Shown one piece after another: positions 10,865 through 20,305 of a stretch of 64,000 nt of DNA. The translations under genes and the position numbers were made by a program. Under the pieces are notes generated by a model. It was not told the DNA's origin. It saw only the letters and a list, made by a program, of their open reading frames with translations, and did not search any database. Source of the stretch: an uncultured Clostridiaceae bacterium (GTDB lineage Bacteria > Bacillota > Clostridia > TANB77 > CAG-508); NCBI GenBank assembly GCA_947647275.1, contig CANSJQ010000005.1, positions 16,095 through 80,094 on the forward strand. Direction: 5' to 3'. Position 1 is the stretch's first letter; every line of letters starts with the position of its first letter.

Positions 10865-11752
10865 TTATTGGTTTCTTGGTTCAAAATTTGATATTTCTTT
10901 TAATTTTTCATAAATTTTTGTTTCTTCTTCAGATAACTGTTTAGGTACTACTATTTTTACTTGTGCTACTAAGTCTCCTCTTCCGCCTTTTCCATCTTTA
11001 TAACCTTTTCCTGGAATTTTTACTATCTCTCCTGTTGTTATTCCTCTTGGTACAAATATATTTGCACTATCATCTATTGTTTCTACTTGTACTCTTGTTC
11101 CTAATGCTGCTTCCCAAGGTGTTAAAAGTAAATCTGTATATATATCATAACCTTTTAATTTATATTTTTTATTATTATCTATATTTATTTTTATGAATAA
11201 GTCTCCATTTTTGGCACCATTTTGCCCTGGTTTTCCTTCTCCTATTAACCTAACTTTTTCTCCGTTTCTAATTCCTGCTGGTATTTTTATACTAAAGTTT
11301 TTCATCTTTCCTTCAACAGTTCTTAAAGATATTTTTTTGTCTAACCCATAGTAGGCTTCTTCTATTGATATATCTATACTTGTTTCTATGTTTTCGCCTT
11401 TTACTGGTATTTTCTTTTTGTTTTCTATTATATCTTTTTTTATATTTGATTTTTCACCAAATAGTATTCCTAAAAAGTCTGTTTTTGTTTCTCTTTCATT
11501 TTGATTTTTTTGCCTTTCTATTCTTTTCCCTACATGTGAATACCAAATCCTATCATATTTTCTTTTTTGTGCATTACTCGAAAGAACTCTATATGCTTCA
11601 TTTATATCTTTAAAACGTTCTTCTGAAAATCTATCAGAGTTTACATCTGGGTGATATTTCTTAGCTTGCTCTCTAAATGCTACTTTTATTTCATCTATAT
11701 TTACTTTGTTTGTTTCTAAACCTAATATTTTATAATAATCTTTAAAAATCAT
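10865..11752 (-). CDS. DnaJ-domain protein (CbpA-like: J domain plus DnaJ C-terminal domains, no zinc finger)
   Basis: N-terminal DYYKILGL...YHPDVN (HPD motif). C-terminal beta-rich region with GKGxxxG repeats. Confidence 0.7.
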   Translation of the reverse strand: MIFKDYYKILGLETNKVNIDEIKVAFREQAKKYHPDVNSDRFSEERFKDINEAYRVLSSNAQKRKYDRIWYSHVGKRIERQKNQNERETKTDFLGILFGEKSNIKKDIIENKKKIPVKGENIETSIDISIEEAYYGLDKKISLRTVEGKMKNFSIKIPAGIRNGEKVRLIGEGKPGQNGAKNGDLFIKINIDNNKKYKLKGYDIYTDLLLTPWEAALGTRVQVETIDDSANIFVPRGITTGEIVKIPGKGYKDGKGGRGDLVAQVKIVVPKQLSEEETKIYEKLKEISNFEPRNQ

Positions 11753-11956
11753 TTAACATCCTCCCAAATTCATGGTGAACATATTATATCATATTGTTTA
11801 AAATAACAAAAGAGAAATAGGTAATTTTTTGTTATTTTTTTACTATATTTTTTATATTTAATAATTTTATGTTATTTACTTGTGTTTTTATGTTAAATGT
11901 GCTATTATGCTTGTGTATCAATACACTTGTTTTTATTGAAAGGAGACATTTTATAA

Positions 11957-12279
11957 TGAAAATGCCTAAACAATATATTGTTAAAATAGAATCAAATTAT
12001 CTTATGACTATTAAAGAAACATGTAATTCAAATTTAGAAGTTGGATATAAATTAGTTGATATTTTTCCTTGTAAAACTCTTAATCAAATGTCATTAATAT
12101 TTGTTAAAGATTCTACTATAGGAAATCTTCCTAAAAGTTATGAAGTTTTTGAAGTATTAAATATTCCTAATAATGTTGAGAATTTCTGTAATACAGAATT
12201 AAAAGAAAATTCCATTTTAATTACTTCTTTTCCTTCTTTAGAACATGGAATTATTAACTTAATTTTCGCACAATATTAA
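11957..12279 (+). CDS. Hypothetical small protein
   Basis: RBS aaaggagacatttt before ATG at 11957. The upstream part of track ORF 11869..12279 is probably untranslated. Confidence 0.35.
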
Positions 12280-12294
12280 AGAAATAAAAAATAG

Positions 12295-12337
12295 TCCATA
12301 TTAGCAAAAATCTGCTAATATGGATTATTTTTTATTT
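12295..12337. terminator. Bidirectional hairpin terminator
   Basis: tccatattagcaaaaatctgctaatatgga followed by a T-run. Confidence 0.5.
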
Positions 12338-12405
12338 TTAACTTTTCTATAGTAAGTTCTGTTAATTTTGCAATTATCACATCTAGATATTTTTCATTTT
12401 CCTTA

Positions 12406-13602
12406 TTATTTTTTTATTCCTATTTTGTTTCCTTGTAGAGCAAGAATATTTTGATCGTACGAAAATACTAATTTTTCTCTTTCTCTTTTTCTTTTTAATG
12501 CTATATCTACTAATTCGTCTATTTCTTTTTCAAAAGTTTTTCCAGTTGCTTCCCATAAATAGTATGAAAGTGCACCTGGTATTGTATTTATTTCATTTAC
12601 ATATACGTCATTTGTATCATTATCTACTAAAAAGTCTATTCTTGATACTCCACTACAACCTAATACTTTAAATGTTTTAATTGCTAATTCTTGAATTTCA
12701 CTTTTCATTTCATCTGAAATTTCTGCTGGTAATTTTCTTTGCAGAGTAGCCATTCCTTTTGACCCGCCTGCTACTTCTCCTGCTTTTGTTTTTCCTCCTG
12801 ATATATATTTATCTTGGTAGCTTAGTATTTCATCTGACCCTAGGGGCTCTTCACATTCTGATGCAATAGCATTTGATGTATCTCCTATTATTGAACAGTT
12901 TACTTCTTTTAAATTCACAATTGCATTTTCTACCATAACTCTATCTGAAAATTGCATTGAATATTCTATTGCTTCTTTTAATTCTGTATCTGTTTTTGCC
13001 TTTTTTATTCCTACACTAGAACCTAAATTTCCCGCTTTTACTATTAGTGGATATCTTAGTTTTTCTTCTATTTCATTAATAATTTTTTCTTCCTCTTTTA
13101 TATAATCTGTAGAGTAAAATGCTACATAGTCTAATGATGGTATTTGAGCTTCTTTTAACACTCTTCTCATCATTATTTTATCCATTCCTATACTTGCTGA
13201 TAACATATCACATCCTATGTATGGCACTTGTAACATTTCTAAATATCCTGCTATTGTTCCATCTTCTCCGTTTGTTCCATGCATTGTTGGGAATGCAACA
13301 TCAATTGTATTAATTATGTTGTTACCTAGCTTTTTCATTGGATATCTAACTATATTTACATTTTTACCATTATTTACTATAGTTATTGGTGTTAATTCCT
13401 TTAATAAATTATCTAAATCTTTATAAAATTCTAATTTTAGAAGTTTTTCTCCTGTATACATTAATCCTGCTTTACTTATATATATTGGAACAATTTCATA
13501 TTTTTCTTCATTAATATTTGTCATTGCTTGGTTTGCTGTAATAATTGAAATTTCATGTTCTACTGATCTTCCTCCAAAAATAACTCCTATTTTTATTTTC
13601 AT
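12406..13602 (-). CDS. ddl: D-alanine--D-alanine ligase (ATP-grasp), with an extra Gly/Lys-rich insertion in the omega-loop region
   Basis: IGVIFGGRSVEHEISI, HGTNGEDGTIAGYLE, IVKAGNLGSSVGI, EINTIPGAL are all Ddl-typical. An insertion YISGGKTKAGEVAGGSKGMAT sits near the conserved Y..KY loop. Confidence 0.85.
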   Translation of the reverse strand: MKIKIGVIFGGRSVEHEISIITANQAMTNINEEKYEIVPIYISKAGLMYTGEKLLKLEFYKDLDNLLKELTPITIVNNGKNVNIVRYPMKKLGNNIINTIDVAFPTMHGTNGEDGTIAGYLEMLQVPYIGCDMLSASIGMDKIMMRRVLKEAQIPSLDYVAFYSTDYIKEEEKIINEIEEKLRYPLIVKAGNLGSSVGIKKAKTDTELKEAIEYSMQFSDRVMVENAIVNLKEVNCSIIGDTSNAIASECEEPLGSDEILSYQDKYISGGKTKAGEVAGGSKGMATLQRKLPAEISDEMKSEIQELAIKTFKVLGCSGVSRIDFLVDNDTNDVYVNEINTIPGALSYYLWEATGKTFEKEIDELVDIALKRKREREKLVFSYDQNILALQGNKIGIKK

Positions 13603-13628
13603 ATATATCCTTCTTTCTTTTTTTATTT

Positions 13629-15200
13629 TTATAAATAATTATCTGGTAAATCGTTTTCTAATAAAACTACGGTTTCATTTGCTTTAAATTTATTCCATTC
13701 AGCAATTGCTTCTTGTAAATCCTTTGCTATAAATACTTTGTCCTTTGGATAATTTTCATCTACTATTCCTTCATAAATTGGTTTTGCTTGTTTCTCTCCT
13801 ACTAATATTATATAGTCTGCACAACTTGCTGCTTTTTTGCCTAATTCCTTATTGTATTTTTCTGTATATTTGCCTAAATCTACTATACCTGGTGTTACTA
13901 AAACTCTTTTTCTATTTTCAAATAGTTTTAAGGTCTCTAAGGCTTTTTTTGCACCACTTATATTTGAATTGTATGCATCATCTATTATTATAATTCCATT
14001 AGGATTTTTTCTTAGTTCTAATCTATGTGGTACTGGTTTTAAAAATCTTATGCCTGCTTTAATTTGTTCATCTGTTAAATTCATTTCTTTTGCTACTGCT
14101 ATTGCAGATACTATATTTACTATATTGTGTTCACCTAATAGTTTTGTTTTTATATTTTCTATTTCTCCACTTCTTGTATGTACACTAAATATTGAACCTT
14201 CTTCTGTGATATTTATATTGTATGCATATGCGTCACATTCTTTTGTTAATCCATATTTTATATTTTCTTTTTCTACTTTTGTATTTCTTATATTTTCATC
14301 TTCATAATTTATAAAAGCTTTGTTTGTTATTGCATTAACTAATTCCATTTTTGTTTTTCTTACATTTTCTAGAGTTTTAAATGTTTCTAGGTGTTGTGGG
14401 CCTATTGCTGTTAGAACTCCATATTCTGGATTAACTAAATCACAAATTTCTTTTATATCTCCTATATTTTTTGCTCCCATTTCACATACAAATATTTGAT
14501 GTGTAGCATTTAATTTTTCGTTAATTGTTCGTACCACTCCTAATGTGGTGTTAAAACTTTCTGGTGTCATTAATACATTATATTTTTGTTCTAATATTGT
14601 TGTTAATACGTACTTTGTACTTGTTTTTCCATAACTTCCTGTAATTCCAATAACCTTAAGATTTTTGCATTCATCAAGTTTTCTTTTTGCATTATTATAG
14701 AATGATTTATTTATACTATTTTCAATTGGTGCATTTATTTTATTAACTAAAATTGTTATATAAATTGAGAAAATAATTAATAAATTTATTATTAACATGC
14801 TTATAAATAGTATATAACTATTATTTAGATATATAGATATATTAGTAATTATAGCAAAAATTATATATATTATGGTTGATGTTAAGTATAATCTTTTTAC
14901 TCTTTTAGTTTTTACTAATGGTTTCTTATCTTTATAAATATCTCTTGCAAAATATAATATTAAAGTAATTATTATTGCTAAAATAAATGATACTATTTTA
15001 TTAATAAATAATAATATTATTGGTATTATAAGTAACAATTCTCTTAATTTTATTACTTGATTTTTGTTTTCGTTTATCCATCTTCTATATCTTTCATTTC
15101 TATATGATTCTAATTGTAGAATATGAAAACCTCTTTTCATTTTATACAAATAATAAACATATAGTAATATAAAAAATAAATTAATTAATATGTAATTCAT
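13629..15200 (-). CDS. murF: Mur ligase family protein, MurF-like (UDP-MurNAc-tripeptide--D-Ala-D-Ala ligase) with a ~170-aa polytopic N-terminal membrane extension
   Basis: Mur ligase P-loop VIGITGSYGKTSTKY, EMGAKNIGDI, TAIGPQHLETF. Sits directly upstream of ddl as in the ddl-murF pairing. The first ~170 aa are 4-5 predicted TM helices in a stop-free, very AT-rich frame. Confidence 0.7.
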   Translation of the reverse strand: MNYILINLFFILLYVYYLYKMKRGFHILQLESYRNERYRRWINENKNQVIKLRELLLIIPIILLFINKIVSFILAIIITLILYFARDIYKDKKPLVKTKRVKRLYLTSTIIYIIFAIITNISIYLNNSYILFISMLIINLLIIFSIYITILVNKINAPIENSINKSFYNNAKRKLDECKNLKVIGITGSYGKTSTKYVLTTILEQKYNVLMTPESFNTTLGVVRTINEKLNATHQIFVCEMGAKNIGDIKEICDLVNPEYGVLTAIGPQHLETFKTLENVRKTKMELVNAITNKAFINYEDENIRNTKVEKENIKYGLTKECDAYAYNINITEEGSIFSVHTRSGEIENIKTKLLGEHNIVNIVSAIAVAKEMNLTDEQIKAGIRFLKPVPHRLELRKNPNGIIIIDDAYNSNISGAKKALETLKLFENRKRVLVTPGIVDLGKYTEKYNKELGKKAASCADYIILVGEKQAKPIYEGIVDENYPKDKVFIAKDLQEAIAEWNKFKANETVVLLENDLPDNYL

Positions 15201-15976
15201 TAAATCTCCTTCTTATCATTTTTTAAAAATTCATCTAATACTAATAAGCAATTAGATAGTTTATCTAAATATGAAAAATGGCCTGCTCCTTCATATACTA
15301 CAAGACCACTATCTGGAATTAATTTTTCCATTGTTTTTGCATCTTTTAATGGTGTAGCTGTATCTTTGTCACCCCATATTAATAATGTAGGGACTTTTAT
15401 ATTTGGCATTAAATGCTTTTGGTCTTCATTTAATATTATTGACATTGTTCTTTTTAAAACTTCTGGTGAATTTTTATAATCACTAGAACCAAATTTAGAT
15501 AATGCTCTTTCTTTTATATTATTAAACATTTGTGTTTTTGGTAATATTTTAAATATATTTTTTAATAATTTAAAGGTGTACATTTTAATATAATATTTTG
15601 GTTTTCTTTTTGGTACAATTCCTGCACTATCTATTAAAACTATTTTATTAATTTTTCCTAAGTTTCTTCCTGCATAATTTAAAATGGTTCTTCCACCATT
15701 TGAATGACCTATTAATATTGGATTTTCAATTTCTAATTTGTCTATAAATTCTTTTAGAAAATTTCCAAAGTCATTAGTATTTAATGGTTTATCTGGTAAA
15801 TCACTTTTTCCAAATCCTATTATATCTACTGAGTACACTTTGAAATTTCTAGCTAAACTTTTAGCAAGTGGTGCCATTGTTTCTAATGATGCAAGCCAAC
15901 CATGAAGTAATATAACTGGCTTTCCCTCACCTTGTACTTCATAATTTATATTTTTGTTATTTATTTGTACCTTCAA
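15200..15976 (-). CDS. Alpha/beta-fold hydrolase
   Basis: HGWLAS...GHSNGG nucleophile elbow. 258 aa. Confidence 0.65.
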   Translation of the reverse strand: MKVQINNKNINYEVQGEGKPVILLHGWLASLETMAPLAKSLARNFKVYSVDIIGFGKSDLPDKPLNTNDFGNFLKEFIDKLEIENPILIGHSNGGRTILNYAGRNLGKINKIVLIDSAGIVPKRKPKYYIKMYTFKLLKNIFKILPKTQMFNNIKERALSKFGSSDYKNSPEVLKRTMSIILNEDQKHLMPNIKVPTLLIWGDKDTATPLKDAKTMEKLIPDSGLVVYEGAGHFSYLDKLSNCLLVLDEFLKNDKKEI

Positions 15977-16135
15977 CTTTATTACTCCTTATTAATGTTC
16001 TATGCCTTATTTTATACTATATGTGGGTACAAATCAATATATATCTTAAAATTTTACTTAACGATTTTTAAATAATGGAATGAATTATTTTTATATTTAC
16101 TTCTATTATTAAAAATTTTTCCATAATTATAGTAA

Positions 16136-16170
16136 AAACATGAGCAGTATTTTTTCTGCTCATGTTTTTT
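16136..16170. terminator. Hairpin terminator downstream of the SASP gene
   Basis: catgagcagtattttttctgctcatg followed by a T-run. Confidence 0.55.
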
Positions 16171-16171
16171 A

Positions 16172-16345
16172 CTATTCTACACTTCTATTTGCTATTTCTA
16201 TTGCTTTTGATATTATATTTCCGCAAGTTTTAGATGATACATTTCCCCATCCTCCATCTTGTTTTACTTGTTCATATACTCCTAATTCTTTTGCTATTTC
16301 TTCTTTTAGATTTTCAGACATAACTGAGTTTCTATTTCTAGACAT
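16172..16345 (-). CDS. sspA: Alpha/beta-type small acid-soluble spore protein
   Basis: Minus-strand 57-aa ORF MSRNRNSVMSENLKEEIAKELGVYEQVKQDGGWGNVSSKTCGNIISKAIEIANRSVE with the SASP germination-protease site region and DNA-binding motif. Strong RBS ctaggaggtaac. Below the ORF-track size cutoff. Confidence 0.8.
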   Translation of the reverse strand: MSRNRNSVMSENLKEEIAKELGVYEQVKQDGGWGNVSSKTCGNIISKAIEIANRSVE

Positions 16346-16539
16346 TTTAGTTACCTCCTAGAATTATAAGTTTTTTTAGAAAAACATGCTTTAATTTTCA
16401 TTTGCGTTTGTAATTAATAAAATTACACTTACAACTTTTTTTGTTTTCCTAATTATATTATTAGTTTTTTTATTTTTTATATACTGTGATAAATTTCCCA
16501 AAATAAGCAAAATGACGCAATTTGCTTTGTGCGTCATTT

Positions 16540-17565
16540 TTATTTTTCTATTTGAATTTCATTTTCTTTTCTATATTCTTGTTTTTCTACTTCTATTTTT
16601 TCTTTTAATTGTTCTGAACAATTTTCTGTTGTTTTATATATTCTTCCTTCACTATCTATTCCACCAATATATCTTAATTCATTTATATTTAGTTTTTCTT
16701 TTTGAATATCTGATAATAATTTTAAAACATATTCATATTTATCATTTTTTAACATCTCTTCCATTTTTTGCCCAGTTGTAAATAATATTGGAAATCCTTG
16801 TGGAGTATCTTCAAGTGTCGCCATTTCATCTTCTTGCTCTTGTTCTTCTACATCCTCATTTATATATGCAGAATATAAATTATTTTCATCCTCTTCATAT
16901 GCACATTTTAATTTGCTTAGTTTTATTATTCTTCCTGTATTTATATTTATACCTTTATAATCTGTATATATATTATCTCCAATTTTATATCTTAATTGTT
17001 CTTCTAGTAATGGTTTTTGTTTTCTTTTTTCTCTTTCTTTTCTATCTTGCTCAATTTTTTTTACTGCTGACTCTGATATATTTTCTACAAATTTTATTCT
17101 TTTTGCAAGCAAATTATCACTTTGACCTATTTTATCATTCATATTTTCATCTATGTAACTTAAAACCTCTACTGTTGGATTAAAAATTTCATACCTTCCA
17201 TCTTCCAACCTATTTATAAAGCCTATATGATTATATAAATTACCTTTTAATTCGTCTAACCTTCCAATTCTATCTAATACTTCAAATACTTCCTTTTCAG
17301 CAAGTTCTTGCAAACTTATATCTTCTGGTATTTCAAAGCATACATATTTAGCAGTATTTGGTGTTATTGTATGTCCTTGTTCATAATTTTCATATATTTG
17401 TGATTTTATTAAATTAGTTCTTATATCTCCATGTTTAAAAGTACAATAATGTACAAAACCAAATATCAACTTTGAATTTGTTTTCCCTTTTATTTCATAA
17501 CTTATTAAATCTTCTGTACCTTTATGAGATTTATTGTTAAATAAACCCATTATTTTTCCTCCCAT
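16540..17565 (-). CDS. Hypothetical protein
   Basis: 341-aa ORF with a hairpin terminator at 16509-16543. No motif recognised. Confidence 0.45.
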   Translation of the reverse strand: MGGKIMGLFNNKSHKGTEDLISYEIKGKTNSKLIFGFVHYCTFKHGDIRTNLIKSQIYENYEQGHTITPNTAKYVCFEIPEDISLQELAEKEVFEVLDRIGRLDELKGNLYNHIGFINRLEDGRYEIFNPTVEVLSYIDENMNDKIGQSDNLLAKRIKFVENISESAVKKIEQDRKEREKRKQKPLLEEQLRYKIGDNIYTDYKGININTGRIIKLSKLKCAYEEDENNLYSAYINEDVEEQEQEDEMATLEDTPQGFPILFTTGQKMEEMLKNDKYEYVLKLLSDIQKEKLNINELRYIGGIDSEGRIYKTTENCSEQLKEKIEVEKQEYRKENEIQIEK

Positions 17566-17640
17566 TATTACTAATAATTTTATTATTAATAAAGTGAGAT
17601 GTCAAGGTAAAATTCTTACATTTTCGCCAAATTTTTACAA

Positions 17641-19119
17641 TCACGGTAGGGACAGTCCTTTTCGTTCCAATTTTGGAACGAAAAGGACTGTCCCTACCGT
17701 GATTTTTGCTTTTACATTGTTAATGTTCCATTTGGTGTATCTTTTATTACTAATATATCTTCTTCTTTTCCGTGTTTTTGCATTTATATATACTAAGAAT
17801 TCTGAGCCATCTACCTTTCCTTTAAATTCCCAGCATAGTAGTTCTGTTTGAAATTGTGTTGGTATAATTGCTAGTCCTTCAGACATTATTTCTAAATCTT
17901 TATTTAGTATTTCTTTTGCTTTTTCCTTACTGATTTGTACTTCTCCTATATTTCTTTCATAATGGCAATTTAGGTATCCTGTAGTTTCAATTCCTAAAAC
18001 TTCTCCATTATCTAGGGCTATTTTTAATTTTATTAAATCTGGATATACTATAACATCTCCATAGTTTGATTTTTGGTTATATGCATAATTTATTGTTATT
18101 ATTCCTTCTTGTTTTAGATAGTATGTTTCTTTCATATTGTTAAATCCATGATTTTTTAAAAATTCTTTTCCTATTTGTGTAGCTCTTTCTTCTGATACTG
18201 TTTGTGCTTCTACATTTCTATTATAATTCATAAATACTATGTGTCCACCCTTCTCAGTTATAGAAATGCTTGCATAATTATTTTTTTCTTTGTCTTCATT
18301 TAAAACTATATTAAAATCAAAAGTTGGCATATTTGTATTTTCTGATCGTCCATTTGAATTTATTTCTTTTATTTTGCTATTATCAAAGAAACTTGTTGCT
18401 ATTTGTTTTGCTTTTTCTTCATCAATATTTTCTCCTGTAAGCCCTTTTTTCTCTGATGATGTTAAATGTTCTGAAAAGGCTCCATCATAAATTAAACCTG
18501 CATATTCATGAAAGTTTTCCTCTAAGTTACTAAAACTATCTTTTGAAATGTTACTTACTTGTGTTGCAAATACACTACTTCCTTTTTTTGTTAGTTCTCC
18601 CCATTTTATTCTTCCATCATTCATATCTGCTGAGAGTTGATTTAGAGTATTTTCAAGTTCTATACTATAATTGTGTAAGTCTTTTAAATTGTTTAAATCA
18701 TCTTGAGTTAAAGCTTCATTGTTTATATTTTTTCTAGAAAGTGTATAACTATAATCACTTACTTGATTTAAAAATTTAGAGGTATTACTAAGCTCATTTG
18801 ATCCTATTGGAAGCATTGCAAGGTATGCTTGTGCCAAATTTGCTTCTCTCCATACATGTGTTAAAACTTCTGCACCATGTTCAGGTGTTTTTGATATTAA
18901 TGACTTAGCAAGATATGTTTCAACATTTTGTACATAATCTACAAGTTCAAAAAATGCCATATTATAATCATTTTCAGTGGCTTGCCTAAAAGTTCTTTCT
19001 CTTTTATAAGTGTATAACCCAAGTACTGCTATTACAGTAACTAGTGTTACTACTAATGTAAGCATATGTCTATCTTTTAATCTATTTTTCCAATCGTATA
19101 CTTTTTCTTTAATATTCAT
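17641..19119 (-). CDS. ypeB: Germination protein YpeB (PepSY domains). The annotated 3' end probably results from a frameshift; the natural stop is likely at ~17712.
   Basis: N-terminal TM, then PepSY-like repeats (..VYPDLIKLKIALDNGEVLGIETTGYL.. and ..EFLVYINAKT). After a T5 run at 17775-17779 the alternate frame gives the natural-looking end GKEEDILVIKDTPNGTLTM*. Confidence 0.7.
   Translation of the reverse strand: MNIKEKVYDWKNRLKDRHMLTLVVTLVTVIAVLGLYTYKRERTFRQATENDYNMAFFELVDYVQNVETYLAKSLISKTPEHGAEVLTHVWREANLAQAYLAMLPIGSNELSNTSKFLNQVSDYSYTLSRKNINNEALTQDDLNNLKDLHNYSIELENTLNQLSADMNDGRIKWGELTKKGSSVFATQVSNISKDSFSNLEENFHEYAGLIYDGAFSEHLTSSEKKGLTGENIDEEKAKQIATSFFDNSKIKEINSNGRSENTNMPTFDFNIVLNEDKEKNNYASISITEKGGHIVFMNYNRNVEAQTVSEERATQIGKEFLKNHGFNNMKETYYLKQEGIITINYAYNQKSNYGDVIVYPDLIKLKIALDNGEVLGIETTGYLNCHYERNIGEVQISKEKAKEILNKDLEIMSEGLAIIPTQFQTELLCWEFKGKVDGSEFLVYINAKTRKRRRYISNKRYTKWNINNVKAKITVGTVLFVPKLERKGLSLP
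17643..17701. terminator. 29-bp perfect inverted repeat (GC ~50%). Probable rho-independent terminator of ypeB.
   Basis: cacggtagggacagtccttttcgttccaa tt ttggaacgaaaaggactgtccctaccgtg. Confidence 0.6.
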
Positions 19120-19136
19120 ATTAAAATTCTTCCTTT

Positions 19137-19616
19137 CTAACTACAAAATCTATGTTTTCCAATAGTTTTTATAAGTGGTCTTGACCATATCCATTTGTTT
19201 GTCGCTGTTGCAGGGTTAAAGTAGTATATTGCTCCTCCTGTTGGATCCCAACCATTCATTGCATCTTGTGCTGCCTTTAGTACTGTTGAGCCTTCTGCTA
19301 TTGCTACATTTATTTGACCATCTGCTACTGCTGTAAATGCTCCACTTTGGTAAATTACCCCTGCTATTGTGTTTGGAAATTTTGAACTTTTTACTCTATT
19401 TAGTATAACAGCGCCTACTGCAACTTGCCCTTCATATGGTTCTCCCCTTGCTTCTCCATTTATTGCTCTTGCCATTAGTTGTAAATCTGATGTTGTAGAT
19501 GCACTTGACTTTGCATATACAGATATGTTTTCCACATTATTTACATTTATGTTTATAACTATAAATAAAAATGCACATAATATTAAAAAAATTATTAACC
19601 ATTTTTTCTTTATCAT
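19137..19616 (-). CDS. sleB: Spore cortex-lytic enzyme SleB-like (Hydrolase_2 cell-wall hydrolase domain)
   Basis: Signal/TM segment then ..LMARAINGEARGEPYEGQVAVGAVILNRV.. characteristic of SleB/CwlJ. Immediately upstream of ypeB. Confidence 0.8.
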   Translation of the reverse strand: MIKKKWLIIFLILCAFLFIVININVNNVENISVYAKSSASTTSDLQLMARAINGEARGEPYEGQVAVGAVILNRVKSSKFPNTIAGVIYQSGAFTAVADGQINVAIAEGSTVLKAAQDAMNGWDPTGGAIYYFNPATATNKWIWSRPLIKTIGKHRFCS

Positions 19617-19854
19617 TTTTTTAATTTTCCTTTCGTTTTTGCGTTATTTACCTTTATTTTTCCTTTTTTTTTGGTTTTTATTCTCAAAATTTTATATTTT
19701 TGTAATTATATAAATCCTTTATTTTTCAACGCTTTCAGAAGATTATATTATAAATCTTAAAAATTTTTTGAAAAAATTTTTAAAAAAGTATTGCATTATG
19801 TTTACTGTTGTACTATAATGAATTTAGTTTCCAAAAGGAACATGTAAATTGAAA

Positions 19855-20215
19855 ACAAAAAATCCATAAGGAGGTAAACGGCCATGAGAGGACATCCTAC
19901 AAACTGTTTAAAACACTTTAATTTGTAAGATCCGGCGGCCGGTGCTCGGCACCGTTGTAACTCGTTAACCCATGTTTCCATCGGAAGGAGGAAAACTTAT
20001 GATACGAGGTAGACCCAAAGCAACTATTACATTTTATTTTGCATAAATAAGGCGACCGGCGCTCGAAGCGCGAGGAGGAGACATGTCTCGGACAAGTGGA
20101 TTTGTTTAGCGGGCTTAGCCCGCAAAGAAAAAAAACTTAATATGAAAATTGCGGCTAAAGCGGAGCGTTTATTAACGCCCCGCTCTTCCATTTGTATTTT
20201 TTTTATTTTTATGGT
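19855..20215 (+). ncRNA. Unclassified GC-rich structured RNA candidate (sRNA or cis-leader) with three SD+mini-ORF modules and an intrinsic terminator
   Basis: ~50% GC island in ~25% GC surroundings. GGAGG at 19860, 19977 and 20064, each followed 8-10 nt later by ATG mini-ORFs of 14, 15 and 8 codons. Hairpins cggtgc-tcg-gcaccg, gagacatgtctc, gcgggcttagcccgc. Terminal stem gcggagcg..cgccccgc plus T10 at ~20149-20215. Confidence 0.3.
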
Positions 20216-20305
20216 ATTATATTTAAAATACAAAATAATAATATTTATGCTACTTTAAATTTTTTAGGAGTTTTAGTTTTATAAATTTATAATTGGAGAT
20301 TATTT

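Noticed and set aside
17643-17701. 60-nt perfect palindrome as a mobile element, MITE or recombination site
   Set aside because: Single copy in the window. Positioned exactly where the corrected ypeB stop would place an intrinsic terminator. The simplest reading is a strong terminator.
20027-20233. 68-aa minus-strand ORF inside the GC-rich island
   Set aside because: No RBS. Ala/Leu-rich translation driven by GC content. The region is better explained as structured RNA or leader.
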